DNA of 59,281 bases, the filler included. It is 5 parts of 5 records of this genome, joined end to end, with 100 filler letters (N's around TTAATTAATTAA, not from the genome) between each part and the next. Parts side by side here need not be neighbours in the genome. Positions count along the whole stretch, not along the records: positions 27,245 to 39,263 come from SRR31156797_3197; 4 more parts are not named here. One strand, written 5' to 3'. Both the position numbers and the translations under genes were made by a program. Position 1 is the first letter of the stretch. Each line of letters opens with the position of its first letter. Below the pieces are notes generated by a model, which worked only from the letters and a program-made list of their open reading frames with translations, had not been told where the DNA came from and did not search any database. Positions 29,387 through 39,363 of this stretch are shown one piece after another.

Positions 29387-30697
29387 TTAATTCTTTTTTA
29401 TAATTTCATTAATAATTGCTTCAATCTCTTTTTCTTGATAATGAAGAAATTGTTTTTTTGTATTTGTATACAATCTAAATAATTTATCTATATTGTAATC
29501 TTCAACTGCAGTAAGTACAACAAGATAACTAACTAATATCTTAATATTATTTTGCCATATCTCTGTTTCCCTATAATAACTATAGGGTTTATTCATAAAA
29601 GTACAAATTCTTTTAAACTCATTTTCTAAGTCTAGTATGTAATTTTTTTTCCTTGAGCTTTTATTTATTGCTATTGAGTATGCATCAAGATCATTTAGAT
29701 ATCTATCTAATAAAATTAATTTATCCTCATTCATTGCTTTATTAATATTTATACATAAAATATTAAGTAACTCTTCTCTTCTTATATTGTCTTCTATATT
29801 AAGTATAAATGATACAAGTAGCCTTTTATTGATAATTTTATTTAAAAACTGTTCTAATACTTCTTTAGTTAAAAATTTAGAAAGTGGAGATACTTTTTGA
29901 AATTCTTCCTTCTTTATTTCTTCTATAGATTTATACTCATAATAGTATAAAATACAAATAATATTTTCTTCATCATCTAAATCTAAGTCTATAAAAGTCT
30001 TTTTAAAATATGGATGTCCAAGCCAGTTAGCATTTAAATTATATTCTATTATTTTAGAAATAGCTCTTATAAATACTATTTGTGATTTACTTAATTCAGG
30101 GGTTGCATATTCAAATATATTATAATCATTTAATACAATATATGTAAACACTATTTTTATAACTTCTTTTTTAGTATTTAGATACCAATTCGAGAACTTT
30201 TCATGATATTTTGTACATAAATGTGTAAATAAATTATATAAGCCCCAATATCTATAATGTTTAAATAAATCTTTTCTTTGTGCTGCTAATTTACATATAT
30301 TGTCTAATAGTGAACTATCTATTTTTTTAGTATCTTTAATAGCTTTATATATTTGTACATTTACTTTATCAAAATCATTTCTGTCAAAATGAATATTATC
30401 TAATTGTAGGAAAATTGAAGTTATATGCTGTAAAATATAATTATTGATTTTTTCTTCAAAAAAACTACTAATCTTTTTGTATGATGAGATAGACATTATA
30501 GCAGATAATATTTCTAAGTCGAACTCATTATAATTAATAAAGAAGTCTTCAATTTCTTTTACACCTATATCTGATAGGTTTAAATATTCTATGTTTCCTT
30601 CAAAATATTTTGATGTATTGTTTATATCACTTGGGAATATTAATGAAGGAAAAACTTTGTTAAACAGTTTTTTTATACCAAACTCTTGTAGAATCAT
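29387..30697 (-). CDS. Hypothetical, probably alpha-helical protein coupled to the upstream PLD-like gene
   Basis: 436-aa ORF; ATGA 4-nt overlap with 30694..32274; no recognisable motif. Confidence 0.7.
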   Translation of the reverse strand: MILQEFGIKKLFNKVFPSLIFPSDINNTSKYFEGNIEYLNLSDIGVKEIEDFFINYNEFDLEILSAIMSISSYKKISSFFEEKINNYILQHITSIFLQLDNIHFDRNDFDKVNVQIYKAIKDTKKIDSSLLDNICKLAAQRKDLFKHYRYWGLYNLFTHLCTKYHEKFSNWYLNTKKEVIKIVFTYIVLNDYNIFEYATPELSKSQIVFIRAISKIIEYNLNANWLGHPYFKKTFIDLDLDDEENIICILYYYEYKSIEEIKKEEFQKVSPLSKFLTKEVLEQFLNKIINKRLLVSFILNIEDNIRREELLNILCININKAMNEDKLILLDRYLNDLDAYSIAINKSSRKKNYILDLENEFKRICTFMNKPYSYYRETEIWQNNIKILVSYLVVLTAVEDYNIDKLFRLYTNTKKQFLHYQEKEIEAIINEIIKKN

Positions 30698-32274
30698 GGT
30701 TCTACCCTTGGATATACTCTATTCTGCATATCATCACACTGAGAAATAATAGATTTTATATAGTTCTCTGCTACATCTTTAACAGACTCTTTTAATGGCA
30801 GAATCAATAAATTTTCATAATTAACTAATAAATTATTTAAACTATTTGAAATACTAAATAGCTTTGTTTCCTCTGCTTTTCTATTTACTAAATATAGATA
30901 TCTATCATGAAACTTATTTGGTTTTAGATTAAACCACTTTACATATGAAATAGGTAAATGATAGTCTTTTAAATTATCTAACTCCTTTTGTGTTTCATCT
31001 ATAGTTTGATCAATTGTGATATTTCTTTTACCGTCTGGAGAAGTTGAATTATCCCAACATGAAATAAAATATATTTTTATATGTGCATTAGTAAGAAGTT
31101 TAAAATAATCTAAACTTGAGCTTGAGATAAAAGGATCAAGGATATATAAATTGTACTCTTCTGTATTTGTAATCTTATTAAAAAAGTTTTTAAGTTCATT
31201 AAATGCATTATCATTCTTATTGAAGAAATAGCCTGCATCCTCTGAATCTTTTCTATATTGTTTTTTTATTAATCTTGTTAAAAAATTTCTATTGTGTTTA
31301 GACTTTTCTCTTGTTTCAATATTAGACTTACTATATCTTACAGTTGAAACAGTATGATCACTTTTTGATAATTGACCATTTTTTGAGAATGTATTTGCAG
31401 GAAAATTATATGTAGTACTAGAGACACCAATATTTAAACTAATCCCCTTGATATAAGAATATTTATTTCTCACTATTAATCTTCTCTCTTCATCGAAAAT
31501 CCAATATTCAATTTTACTATCATCTTTTGGGTTGAATTCACATAAAAACAATTCTTCCTTATCGTTCCCTATAATACTAATATTATCGTAAATAATTTCA
31601 TCATAATCATTATATATTATAAGATGAATTGTAAATGAACTATTTAAAAAATCCTTATGCTTTTTAAGTATGTAAGGTCTATTATCTCTATCTTTATTTA
31701 CATCTACTTTAAGATAACAAGGTTCACTTAACTCCTCTACCCATTCATTAATATTTGCAATCTCATAACTTCCAATCATAGATGAATAAGTATTTTTAAA
31801 TGGTTGTTTACTTTCTTTTTCAAGTATTTCAATCACAGTAATTAAAAAGTCTTTTTTCTCTTTATTTAAAATAATTTCTTCATAGTATTTATTAAAAGAA
31901 TCACTAAAATATGTTTTCATATTAATTGGCAAACTTGTAAATGAAGGAGCAATGTTTCTATATACTTCACTTGATACTTGTATCGTTTCTTTACTTTCTA
32001 AAATTTCAACATCATTCAAGTGTTCATGAATATTTTTATACTTATCAATTTCTCTAAGTTGGGAAAAATCAATTTTCCCATTTAAATATAAATGATTTGT
32101 ACTAGTGAACTCCAGACAAATTAATTTATCTTTTTTTCCAGGTAATCTTAAATTGTATATGATTGATAAATCATCCTTTGTTTTTGTAGGAGCTGTAAGA
32201 CCATACAAAAAATATAATATTTTTTCTTTATTGAATGTTGATTGTGCAAAATAAAGCCAGTTTATATATTTCAT
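30694..32274 (-). CDS. VPA1262-like protein with C-terminal PLD-like nuclease domain
   Basis: C-terminal YILDPF...KFHDRYL...SISNSLN, an HDR-type PLD-like signature; family name is from recall. Confidence 0.6.
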   Translation of the reverse strand: MKYINWLYFAQSTFNKEKILYFLYGLTAPTKTKDDLSIIYNLRLPGKKDKLICLEFTSTNHLYLNGKIDFSQLREIDKYKNIHEHLNDVEILESKETIQVSSEVYRNIAPSFTSLPINMKTYFSDSFNKYYEEIILNKEKKDFLITVIEILEKESKQPFKNTYSSMIGSYEIANINEWVEELSEPCYLKVDVNKDRDNRPYILKKHKDFLNSSFTIHLIIYNDYDEIIYDNISIIGNDKEELFLCEFNPKDDSKIEYWIFDEERRLIVRNKYSYIKGISLNIGVSSTTYNFPANTFSKNGQLSKSDHTVSTVRYSKSNIETREKSKHNRNFLTRLIKKQYRKDSEDAGYFFNKNDNAFNELKNFFNKITNTEEYNLYILDPFISSSSLDYFKLLTNAHIKIYFISCWDNSTSPDGKRNITIDQTIDETQKELDNLKDYHLPISYVKWFNLKPNKFHDRYLYLVNRKAEETKLFSISNSLNNLLVNYENLLILPLKESVKDVAENYIKSIISQCDDMQNRVYPRVEP

Positions 32275-32357
32275 GATAATCCTCAGATTTTTAATCTATT
32301 ATAATAAAAAGATAATATAATAGTTATTTATATATTTACTTTAATCAAAGGTTATTA

Positions 32358-34022
32358 ATGTGTAATGAAATAGGAAAATTTGAAGAATTAATAGATAATG
32401 AAATCAAAAAAATAGATTTATCTGAATATCATATTAACGATGTTTTAGAATATTTTAATCAACTACTTGCAATGAACTTATCTGGAGAGAAATTATCTTC
32501 AAATAAATATAATATTGAACCAACTACATCTTTTCCTAGTACTATCTCATATATATTACCCCTACTTAATCAATGTAAAAAAGAATTTAATACTGATAAT
32601 ACGAAAAAAGATAAACTATTTAAAATAATGGAAAAACAATACTCAAATTATTTAAATTACTTACTATTTTGTGAAATTGCACCTTTTATAAGAAAAAAAG
32701 TATATCTACCAAAAGTCATAGGTAATAAATTAAAACTCCCATATAATACAAACTATTATAAATATGAGCTTAGAGATTCTACTTTAACTACACTTGCAAC
32801 TGGGTTTACGATAACAAATGATTTAGAAGATTCATATTTATATGATACTATTATTAATGATACAATTGAGAATAATGGCAAAATAAACACTAATTTTATG
32901 ATCTTTCGTACAATTAAGTATAAAAAATGGTTTAAGGATAAGAGATTTGATGATTCACTAGTATCGAAAGAAGTATATGATGCACTTAATATAACTAAAG
33001 AACATTATGTAGAATTCCAAACTTTTTGGTTAGCAATAACTACTTACTATATTAAGTTATATGAAGCATTAATTAGATTTATTAGAAATGCTAGTCTAAC
33101 AGAAAATAAATTAATAGAGGACTTATTATGTAAATTTTCATCCCCTTGCTTAGATAAAGATATTTTTTATACTTTAATTACTGAGTCACTAATTGGTATC
33201 CCTAAAAACATATTTCTAAATTTAATGAATATCTTTAGTTTAAAATTCACAGACTGGTTTACTTTACATGATGGTCATTATCCTATATTTATTGAATATC
33301 CTGATTTATATTTTTTTTCACCATATAATATTAGAGTACAGTTATCTCCTAGAAATTTATTGTATCTGTTAAATAAGAATAACACAAACTTATTTAATAA
33401 TACAGTATCAAAACATCTTGAACCCCAGTTAATAAATTATGCAGTTGAACTTTTATCAAAAATACCAAACTTAATTATAAAAGAAAATGTAAAATGGAAT
33501 AGAAAAGGGGAATTTGATATTATTGCTTACGAACCAACACAAAACTGTATTCTTCATTTTCAAGCAAAGGGGACAATCCCTGCTGAAGGTGGAAGAATGA
33601 CAAGAAATCTTGAAGGAAGAATTAGTGAAGGAATTGAACAAATAAAAAAATTTAACAGCTGTAGTAATAAAGATACAATTATTTCAACTATCTTTGAAAC
33701 CCAAATATTAAATCCAACATATATAGATGTTGTCCTTGGATGGGGAGGTTTTGGTACATTCAAAGTATGGAATGTTCTTGAAAATGAGAAAGTTACAGCA
33801 TTAAACATTTCTATATTAAATCAATATATAAAAGAATTCAATAATAATTATAATTTTTTAAATTTTTTTAATGACATAAATTTATTAATTGATAATATAA
33901 TAAGTTTAACGAAACCAAAAAAAGTTATGAAGAAAATAAAAATAAATCAATATAAGATTGAATATGGAACTTTTTACAATAGTCAAACAAAATTAATAAA
34001 GTTTAAATATTTTCAAGAATAA
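32358..34022 (+). CDS. Hypothetical protein with C-terminal PD-(D/E)xK-like nuclease domain
   Basis: 'KHLEPQL...KGEFDIIAYE...ILHFQAKG...EGIEQI' fits E...D...(Q/E)xK restriction-like fold. Confidence 0.55.
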   Translation: MCNEIGKFEELIDNEIKKIDLSEYHINDVLEYFNQLLAMNLSGEKLSSNKYNIEPTTSFPSTISYILPLLNQCKKEFNTDNTKKDKLFKIMEKQYSNYLNYLLFCEIAPFIRKKVYLPKVIGNKLKLPYNTNYYKYELRDSTLTTLATGFTITNDLEDSYLYDTIINDTIENNGKINTNFMIFRTIKYKKWFKDKRFDDSLVSKEVYDALNITKEHYVEFQTFWLAITTYYIKLYEALIRFIRNASLTENKLIEDLLCKFSSPCLDKDIFYTLITESLIGIPKNIFLNLMNIFSLKFTDWFTLHDGHYPIFIEYPDLYFFSPYNIRVQLSPRNLLYLLNKNNTNLFNNTVSKHLEPQLINYAVELLSKIPNLIIKENVKWNRKGEFDIIAYEPTQNCILHFQAKGTIPAEGGRMTRNLEGRISEGIEQIKKFNSCSNKDTIISTIFETQILNPTYIDVVLGWGGFGTFKVWNVLENEKVTALNISILNQYIKEFNNNYNFLNFFNDINLLIDNIISLTKPKKVMKKIKINQYKIEYGTFYNSQTKLIKFKYFQE

Positions 34023-34046
34023 ATAACTATCAATTATGACTTATCA

Positions 34047-34172
34047 TTAATACGGAAAATTCTTTTAATCAAAAAAGATTTTCGTAATACAACTATAAAA
34101 TATTAGATAAAAAAACCTTTTTTTGAAGCTTTATATATTTTAATACGGAAAATACTATATTTTCCGTATTAA
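34047..34172. repeat. Recombinase-binding-site-like repeats (att/dif/res-like)
   Basis: Perfect 15-bp inverted repeat TTAATACGGAAAATA-cta-TATTTTCCGTATTAA (34140-34172); second arm copy TTAATACGGAAAAT at 34047-34060; degenerate inverse ATTTTCGTAAT at 34078-34088. Confidence 0.7.
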
Positions 34173-34241
34173 TATTGTCATTCTTTGATTTTTTTGTTAT
34201 AATTTCTGGAATTTATCAAATTCATTGAATAAGGTAGACTT

Positions 34242-34952
34242 TTGAGAAATAATTTACTTGAGTTAACAAGAATAAAAAACTGTAGTGTCAAAAATATAAA
34301 AGAAGAAGCTGCTCTTGTTGCAGTTCACAATTTATTAGGTCAATATATAAATGCAATTGAAAAAGGAATTGATAAACCATTAATTTCTAATCCAGATCAA
34401 AGTGATGAAAAGTACATTTTAGAATTAACTAAAGAAATTCATTCCTATTTATCTGAAGAAATTTTATCTGCACATATTATAGACAATATAATGTTATCAG
34501 CAAATAAAGATGCAGCTTGGCAAAGAAAAGTAAGTCTAATTGAGCCTATAGCTTACTTCTATGATATTCTTACAAGAACTTACTTATCAAAAACTTATAT
34601 CCTAAAAAAAGACAAAGATGGTAATCAATTTTGGATGCCTGAATTATTAGCTTTTTCAATAATTTGTGATTTAAAAGAAGAAAATTATAACTTTAATAAG
34701 TTTGAATATATTCAAAATTTAGAATTATCTAAAGTTATGGATATCTACAACAACTTATCTATTAAAATATCAAGAGCATCTAAAAATGAGGATGAAAGCT
34801 TTTTTAAACTTCAAAGGAATAGCCCTATTAAAGCCATTCAAGAGATCTCTTTATTTATGGTGAATAAACTTATAGATACTAAATATAAAGTACCAAGTGT
34901 AAGTAAAAATATGAAAAAAAGGAATAAAAAGAATGGTAGAAAACGAAAATAA
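34242..34952 (+). CDS. Hypothetical protein co-transcribed with the recombinase
   Basis: 236-aa ORF with TTG start after AAGGTAG; overlaps the integrase start; basic C-terminus. Confidence 0.6.
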   Translation: MRNNLLELTRIKNCSVKNIKEEAALVAVHNLLGQYINAIEKGIDKPLISNPDQSDEKYILELTKEIHSYLSEEILSAHIIDNIMLSANKDAAWQRKVSLIEPIAYFYDILTRTYLSKTYILKKDKDGNQFWMPELLAFSIICDLKEENYNFNKFEYIQNLELSKVMDIYNNLSIKISRASKNEDESFFKLQRNSPIKAIQEISLFMVNKLIDTKYKVPSVSKNMKKRNKKNGRKRK

Positions 34953-36039
34953 TTTAGGTTCTTTCATATTTGATGATGATTTAATAGAGTTTGAACCTTT
35001 TGCAAATTTTGAGCTGAATTTCTATCATTGGTTCAAGCCATACATGAGAAATGTATTCTCTACCCAAAGTAGAAGAAAAATAATTAATCTTGAATTACAT
35101 AAACAATTGATTAAAGAATTTAATAAAGCAAGTAATAATGATGAAATGAGAGAAGTCATAAATGCAATGGGTAGAAATGGTTTCAAAGGACCAAAAAGTT
35201 ATTTCAATCCAAATATAAAATTTTATGATTTCTTGATTGCTAATAATATTCAAAGTATTACAAACATTAAGAATAATACTATTAAATATTTTCTAGTTAA
35301 TGAATTAGAATCTTACAGCTCTACATACAAAAAGGATATTTTGGTAGCTATAAAAAACTTTTTACAGTTCATTGAATCAAAGAATTATATAAAAAATGGT
35401 GATTCACATTTCTTTAAACTTGATAGAACACTAGTTAAATCTATTCAAAAAGAAAGAAAGCCACTTGCATATTTAAAGCCAGATAGTGAGTTTGATTTAT
35501 TCCTTAGTACAATAGATAAAATAAATTGGAAAAGAAATAGTAAACATAGAAACAGAGTGATGTTAAAGATACTATTAATTACAGGTATAAGAGTTAGTGA
35601 GCTAACTGATATTAAAAAGAGTGATTTTAAGGAAAGTGGAAATTCATATGAGATAGCAATTATTGGAAAAGGAAATAAAAAAAGATATGTTTATATTGCA
35701 AAAAATATAATAGAAAGTGATCTGAATAATCTTGTATTGATTGATACAGAATATCTTTTTACTACTAGAACTGGAAAAAAAATAAATGATAGATATCTTA
35801 ATACAATAATTGAAAATGTACTACAAGAGGCTAATATTCCTAAAAAGGAAAAAAATGGTCCACATATGCTTAGACATTCATGTGCAACTTGGCTTAATGT
35901 AGTTGCAGGTTATGATATATCAAAACTACAAGCTTATTTAGCTCATGAAGATATCTCTACTACAAAAAAATATGTTCACTTAAATGAAAAAGTTGTAAAA
36001 GATATGAGTGAGAAAGTATATTCAATTTTAGGAAGTTAA
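34933..36039 (+). CDS. Tyrosine recombinase/integrase, XerH-like
   Basis: TGIRVSE (R), GKGNK (K), HMLRH (HxxR), LAH...TTKKY (H, Y); KEKNGPHMLRH resembles the Campylobacterota XerH motif. Confidence 0.92.
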   Translation: MVENENNLGSFIFDDDLIEFEPFANFELNFYHWFKPYMRNVFSTQSRRKIINLELHKQLIKEFNKASNNDEMREVINAMGRNGFKGPKSYFNPNIKFYDFLIANNIQSITNIKNNTIKYFLVNELESYSSTYKKDILVAIKNFLQFIESKNYIKNGDSHFFKLDRTLVKSIQKERKPLAYLKPDSEFDLFLSTIDKINWKRNSKHRNRVMLKILLITGIRVSELTDIKKSDFKESGNSYEIAIIGKGNKKRYVYIAKNIIESDLNNLVLIDTEYLFTTRTGKKINDRYLNTIIENVLQEANIPKKEKNGPHMLRHSCATWLNVVAGYDISKLQAYLAHEDISTTKKYVHLNEKVVKDMSEKVYSILGS

Positions 36040-36061
36040 ATATCTGAATTACTACAGATAT

Positions 36062-36742
36062 TTAACTTTTATTTTTCATATTATTTTCAATTAAATCAGC
36101 ACTTATCTTATGATAATAGTACTCTTTTTGTTCCTTAGTAAGTTTTTTTAATAACTCTAATGTTAAATCTTCAATTTTGTCTTTTTCTAGTTCTTTATTT
36201 TTTTCAATAAGCTTATCAACGAATTGTTCATTTTTATTCAGAATATCTAATTCATTGATAAACATATCACCTCTTCCTGTACAAACCCAATCTATATTAA
36301 TATCTTCATAAAAACATAATTTTGCAAGATCTTTTGTAATTGTAGTATTTACATTAAAGTAATTGCTCACTGATGCTGTTGATAAAAAATCATATTTTTC
36401 TACTAACTTAGACTGACCAACACCTTTTGCATTAAATGCATCATCAATTCTAGAAAAAATACTTATTTGAGGCTTATATATAGTGTTTTCATGTACTTCT
36501 GAGTCTATAGTTGGTTCACCCCTACCTGTACAAATCCAATCAATATTTACTCTTTCAGCATAAAGTAAATCTATTAGTTTTCTAGTAATTGTTTTTTGGT
36601 TATGGAAAAATTTATTTACTGAAGTAGGAGTTAAATATGAATATTTTTTTGCAATTTCTGATTGTCTTTTATAACCTAAATGCTTTAAAAAAACATCATA
36701 AATCCTTGAATGAAATTCTATATTATTATAAATTTTATCCAT
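36062..36742 (-). CDS. Phage CI-like repressor with two tandem HTH domains
   Basis: Internal duplication ending 'VNIDWICTGRGEP' and 'INIDWVCTGRGDM'. Confidence 0.75.
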   Translation of the reverse strand: MDKIYNNIEFHSRIYDVFLKHLGYKRQSEIAKKYSYLTPTSVNKFFHNQKTITRKLIDLLYAERVNIDWICTGRGEPTIDSEVHENTIYKPQISIFSRIDDAFNAKGVGQSKLVEKYDFLSTASVSNYFNVNTTITKDLAKLCFYEDINIDWVCTGRGDMFINELDILNKNEQFVDKLIEKNKELEKDKIEDLTLELLKKLTKEQKEYYYHKISADLIENNMKNKS

Positions 36743-36756
36743 TTATATAAATTTCC

Positions 36757-36786
36757 TTGACTTTTTAATCTATTTTTATATATAAT
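36757..36786 (+). promoter_or_regulatory. Sigma70-like promoter of the xis/rep operon
   Basis: TTGACT (36757-36762), 18-bp spacer, TATAAT (36781-36786) in the divergent gap. Confidence 0.55.
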
Positions 36787-36894
36787 TCTAAGAATCCTTG
36801 ATTAATATACATTAATCATCATATAGTTAAATAGAATATCCATTTTATCATAAAATTTTATTTAATTATCCAATTTGCAAGAAAGATTAAGTGC

Positions 36895-37086
36895 GTGGTT
36901 ACACATATAAAGAATCCTGAGAAAGTTCTATTTTCAAAAGAAATAACAGCTTATAAGTTAGGAATAACGGTAGACCAATTATCTAAGTACCGAAAAAAAG
37001 GGCTTATTGTTGCAGTAAAGTACAAAAATACTTACAGGTACACAATAACAGCGATTGAAAATTTTATAAAAGAGAATAAAAATTAA
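36895..37086 (+). CDS. Excisionase-like small HTH protein
   Basis: LFSKEITAYKLGIT...LSKYRKKGLI.AVK...YRY (MerR/HTH_17-like). Confidence 0.75.
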   Translation: MVTHIKNPEKVLFSKEITAYKLGITVDQLSKYRKKGLIVAVKYKNTYRYTITAIENFIKENKN

Positions 37087-37088
37087 TA

Positions 37089-37448
37089 ATGGAAGAAAAA
37101 TTAGTTCAATTAGGTTTTAGTGAAATAGAGATAAATGAATTGGTAATAAATTCAAGAAATAGTGAATATATTGCTCAAGTATTTAATATTTTATCTGTAA
37201 ACTCTTGTTCAAAAGATATTCAAAAAAAATTAATTGAATTAATTTCAGAAATAGATACTATGAAACCTCTTTCTGTAGATGTAAAAACTTTATCTCTTAT
37301 CTTAGGACTTTCAGTAAGACAAATTAACACATTAAGAAAAGAAAACAAAATTCCATTCATAAAACTATCAGGAGACTTGAACCAACCAGGTAGAAAAACC
37401 TATGTATATGAAATCGAAAAAGTTAAAGAGGCTTTAGGTATTAAATGA
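37089..37448 (+). CDS. Protein with C-terminal excisionase-like HTH
   Basis: VDVKTLSLILGLSVRQINTLRKENKIPFIKL...YVYEIEKV. Confidence 0.65.
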   Translation: MEEKLVQLGFSEIEINELVINSRNSEYIAQVFNILSVNSCSKDIQKKLIELISEIDTMKPLSVDVKTLSLILGLSVRQINTLRKENKIPFIKLSGDLNQPGRKTYVYEIEKVKEALGIK

Positions 37449-38503
37449 AAGAAAAATTGAGAATATTAAAACCTAAAGAAAGACCTATACAGATAGAACC
37501 TTGGTTTTTTAGATATTTGAATGAAGGGCAAATTAAACTAGTTGCAGCAATTATATTGCACGCAGATATAAAAGATAGAACAAATAATGCTTTTCCACAC
37601 AATAGAACATTGGCTTTTTATTGTGGATTTGGTCGTATTATTGAAGGAACTAAGGCATATAAAGAATATAGTAATTTAAATAATGATGATAAAGCTATAT
37701 ATCTAAAGAAAAAAGAAAAAAATGCTATTCAAACAGTTAAAAATATTAAAAAATCTCTTGAAGAAATAGGTGTTTTAACTAGAGAAGTAGTTGGCTCAGT
37801 TGGTAAGCAAGTAACATATATGACACTTGATCTTAACTGGAAAAAAGAAGAGTATTTAAAAGACTTCAATAACTACTTTAACAAGAATAGTAAGAAAGAT
37901 TCTGAAGGTGAAGAACTAGAATCACTACTTAACAATATTGTAAATATGAATAAAAATGGAACATCTAAAGAGTCTATGCTTGACATGGTTAACAAGCTAA
38001 AAGAAAAACTTGAGCCAACAGATATGTTAAATGAACATGATGTATCAGTATTAGCAACATATATTATGGAAACTCCAAAAATCAAAGCAAAAATAAATAA
38101 AAATGAAATTACTAAACCTGAGAACTATAAAAAAGAGCTAATCAAAAGAATTAAAAATAATACATATGAAGGTTTAGATAAGACAATTAAAGAATTACAT
38201 AAAAATGAAGAAAAATTATTGTGTGAAACTATACATGAATCACTAATTTTTGATAAACCAACAGTTGAAAAAGATAATTCTGAATATGATTTATCTAGTG
38301 TAAAAATTAATGGCTTTCTTATTGATGTTAAATACATTAACAATAACAAAAAAGAAATCATTTTTAAACTTTCAAATAATAATTTAATCAAATATACAAA
38401 ACTATTAAAAGACAAATTATCAACAAAATCAATGCAATTCATTTCTTCATACGAAGAAAATATTAGTAAGTATAAGAAGGAAAATTCTCATGAACAACAA
38501 TAA
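37445..38503 (+). CDS. Putative replication initiator (N-terminal wHTH-like)
   Basis: 'IKLVAAIILHAD...NAFPHNRTLA...KSLEEIGVL' resembles phage/plasmid Rep wHTH; position after xis-like genes. Confidence 0.5.
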   Translation: MKEKLRILKPKERPIQIEPWFFRYLNEGQIKLVAAIILHADIKDRTNNAFPHNRTLAFYCGFGRIIEGTKAYKEYSNLNNDDKAIYLKKKEKNAIQTVKNIKKSLEEIGVLTREVVGSVGKQVTYMTLDLNWKKEEYLKDFNNYFNKNSKKDSEGEELESLLNNIVNMNKNGTSKESMLDMVNKLKEKLEPTDMLNEHDVSVLATYIMETPKIKAKINKNEITKPENYKKELIKRIKNNTYEGLDKTIKELHKNEEKLLCETIHESLIFDKPTVEKDNSEYDLSSVKINGFLIDVKYINNNKKEIIFKLSNNNLIKYTKLLKDKLSTKSMQFISSYEENISKYKKENSHEQQ

Positions 38504-38822
38504 ACTAATACTTGAAGAATTAAATGATTATGAATTCAAAATCTCTACAAATTATAGTACACAGCAATTTCATGTCAGTAGCTTTGATTTTGAACTTTTG
38601 AATAATCTATATTTTGCTCATGTAATTAAAGAGTCGATATTAATAGAAGATATATTGATTAAAGAAATTGATAATAAATTATATTTTTCTAGTTCTGCAT
38701 ATACTAATGAAAGAATTAATATTGATAATAATGAGTTACTACTTAATTCTTTAGAAAAACACCCAGATTTCACTTCTTTAAAACATGATATTAAAAAGAC
38801 TATTTTAAAGATTAGAAGATGA
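38490..38822 (+). CDS. Hypothetical protein
   Basis: Overlaps both neighbours; AAGGA RBS. Confidence 0.6.
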   Translation: MNNNKLILEELNDYEFKISTNYSTQQFHVSSFDFELLNNLYFAHVIKESILIEDILIKEIDNKLYFSSSAYTNERINIDNNELLLNSLEKHPDFTSLKHDIKKTILKIRR

Positions 38823-39263
38823 ATAAAAATTGGTTTAGATTTATAGGTAGTACTAAACTATTAGAGCTTATGCATAACAATAATAGCACTATTAGTATCC
38901 CTAGAATTATTGAGAAGAAAGCAATAAACATAAATGACCAAGAAATAATATCTTTACAAAAGAAAGTATTTCTTTTAACAAAAGAACATTACTTTCATAC
39001 ATTTAATGAGCTTTTTAGTGATTTAGAAAAGATAAGAATAGAGAGATCTAAGAGTGTTAATAGTAAGTATAAAAGTTATAATAAAGAACATCACATAGAC
39101 AATGCTCTTGATTCACTTGAAAAACATATTACTCTATATGAACATACTAAAAATGTAATTAATTGTGCAATAGATTGTACAAGCAATAAACCAGATGTGA
39201 TTAAAGCAATTGTTATTCTTTTAGCATTAGTCCATGACTTTGGTAAATCTCCATTAATTGTAT
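38819..39263 (+). CDS. HD-domain protein, possibly a MobH/TraI_2-type relaxase (3' truncated)
   Basis: EHH...TLYEHT...LALVHDFGK. Confidence 0.55.
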
Positions 39264-39363
39264 NNNNNNNNNNNNNNNNNNNNNNNNNNNNNNNNNNNNN
39301 NNNNNNNTTAATTAATTAANNNNNNNNNNNNNNNNNNNNNNNNNNNNNNNNNNNNNNNNNNNN
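39264..39363. other. Artificial contig linker
   Basis: 44 N + TTAATTAATTAA + 44 N. Confidence 0.98.

Larger units (their letters stand above)
34047..39263. mobile_element. Core module of an integrative element (ICE/IME or prophage-like), truncated by the contig end
   Basis: Repeat site, tyrosine recombinase, CI-like repressor divergent from excisionase-like HTH genes, Rep-like gene and HD-domain gene. Confidence 0.7.

Noticed and set aside
34933-36039. Calling the recombinase the chromosomal xerH
   Set aside because: Surrounded by repressor, xis and rep-like genes rather than core genes, so more likely a mobile paralogue; symbol withheld
38819-39263. HD domain as Cas3''
   Set aside because: No other cas genes or array; the context (xis, rep) fits a relaxase-like or other element HD protein better. 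The gene is truncated, so this is unresolved
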